This document shows positions 62,558 to 64,000 of a stretch of 64,000 nucleotides of DNA, in pieces. A program made the position numbers and the translations under genes. Numbering within the stretch: position 1 is the first letter of the stretch; every line of letters begins with the position of its first letter. The DNA lies in NCBI RefSeq assembly GCF_009834535.1, contig NC_045696.1:54376001-54440000 (forward strand), given 5' to 3'. Origin of the DNA: Camelus ferus (Eukaryota). The notes under the pieces are model-generated. The model was given only the letters and a program-made list of their open reading frames with translations, searched no databases and had not been told where the DNA came from.

Positions 62558-64000
62558 CTGTTTTAAAGAAGAAATAAGAAGGAGACAAACACATCCAGTG
62601 AAGTCATGGAAAAGCATGTACATAGGTATTACGATGCTCACTGCAAAGCAAACTAAATCTACATTGTCCTTGGACCCCAGAAGTTTACAAACTAAACAGA
62701 CTATATACAAGGACAATTATTGATGGGATTATAAGCAACTGCATAGTAGGAAGATATCTCAATATAAAAGGATGACAGCTGCTATAGCTGGAAGTGATAC
62801 TGGTCATCATAAGAGGTATCAAAAACCCAAATGCATACAAAGGGCAGGCAATAGCCTAACTTTGTGAAGCAGGCTGGCGGAAGTCACCTGAAGGCTGACC
62901 ATGGTCCAGGTTTAAGTTTAAAAGGGACAGCTTTCATCAGTTAAGGGTATTGTAACCATTTAGAAATGATGTTAGCAGTGATTGATTTTATCAGGGAAAG
63001 CTAAATACGAATCTCCTAAATTTTTTTTAACTTGGCACTTAAGCCAACAAATAAAACAGTAATGACAAACAAACAAACAAAACATGAATTTGACTTGCAG
63101 TCACTGACCCTTACACCCTCAGAGTTCAGTTAAGGGAACTGAGTTCCAGAGAGATAAATGGTGCACAGGGGCTCCTAAGTGGCCACTTGCAGCTTAGATT
63201 TCAACTTTTCTAATCCTGGAATAAATAGTCTACGTCATGGATATTATAAAGGTGAGAAAAATTTCCCTCTGCAGCTCTACTCATATTTTCTATTAATTGC
63301 TGGAGGCTGGTAATCTGTCAGATGTGAATACTGGCTCTTTGGTTTGAACTTAACAATATGTTGGTTAATTCAATGGTGGCCCTGCTGCAAACGAGTCCCT
63401 CCTGCTCCTTTCCCATGTGCTGCTCCTTCCCCCTCTCGATGGCTGTGACACCAGTACTGTGGGACTAACCCATCAAGGCCTCGAGGGGCAAGAGGCTACC
63501 TCTCCCAGCCAACTCCCTTGCCCTGTACAGCATCTGAGAAAAATCGTGTCCTCCCTCCCACTAAAAAACACAGCAAGTCATTTTAAAGGTTTGAGGTCAG
63601 AGCATATTCGAATGGCATTCATTTTTCATTTTTTATCCACATGCCCAGTTTTGAAATAGTTTCATTTAAAAAATATTTTTATTTTGCTATTTTGGTTCCA
63701 CTTTTTGGCCGGCATTCATTTCTGTCAAAGGAAGGAAGAAGAAAAGCAGTGTTATACGTATCAGATGGAGGGAATCTGCTAAGTGTCAGGGAAATAAAAG
63801 ACAACGGCCTATATTCTGCAGCTGTTATGTGTGAGCATGCCGTCCTTAAGAACAGGGCTAGGGTTAGAGTAAATGATTCCTGAGAAATAGCTTGTGCAAA
63901 CACTACAATCTCTAAATAGTGTCTAATAAAAATTAAGCAAGCTTTTTTGATCTCATTTCCAAGTAAATGGGTGTCCTGCCACTTAGCATCACCTCTAGAA

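Noticed and set aside
496..63903. Short ORFs of the six-frame track as host genes (e.g. 24189-24641, 48619-49050, 53579-53956, 21312-21680, 10075-10434)
   Set aside because: No recognisable domains, many non-ATG starts, many overlap repeats or microsatellites, and their lengths are as expected by chance.
1..64000. Prokaryotic-type systems (CRISPR, operons, defence islands) or a CpG-island promoter
   Set aside because: The sequence is mammalian and CpG-depleted throughout, with no regular repeat-spacer array or gene-dense region.

Overview
Repeat-rich, CpG-depleted, AT-rich eutherian genomic DNA, most likely camelid (alpaca/llama/camel). The taxon call rests on two tRNA-derived SINEs resembling camelid Vic-1 and a young artiodactyl-type L1; I saw no Alu, B1/B2, Bov-tA/Bov-B, PRE-1 or Can-SINE. 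I found no intact protein-coding gene, CpG island, tRNA/rRNA or recognisable miRNA. The only ORFs I recognise are disrupted LINE-1 ORF2 pieces. The window looks like a large intron or gene desert. It holds old interspersed repeats (MIR, L2, L1M, MaLR/ERV LTRs, Charlie/Tigger) and several repeat-free, motif-dense blocks that may be conserved enhancers. The most unusual structure is the young L1 at 5452-7730: a ~46-nt internal ORF2 segment sits behind the poly(A) tail, inside the candidate target-site duplication, while 21 nt of that segment are missing from the body. Two candidate minus-strand exons and one candidate recursive splice site are noted. Repeat family names are recognised from memory, not from a database search, and boundaries of old repeats are approximate.
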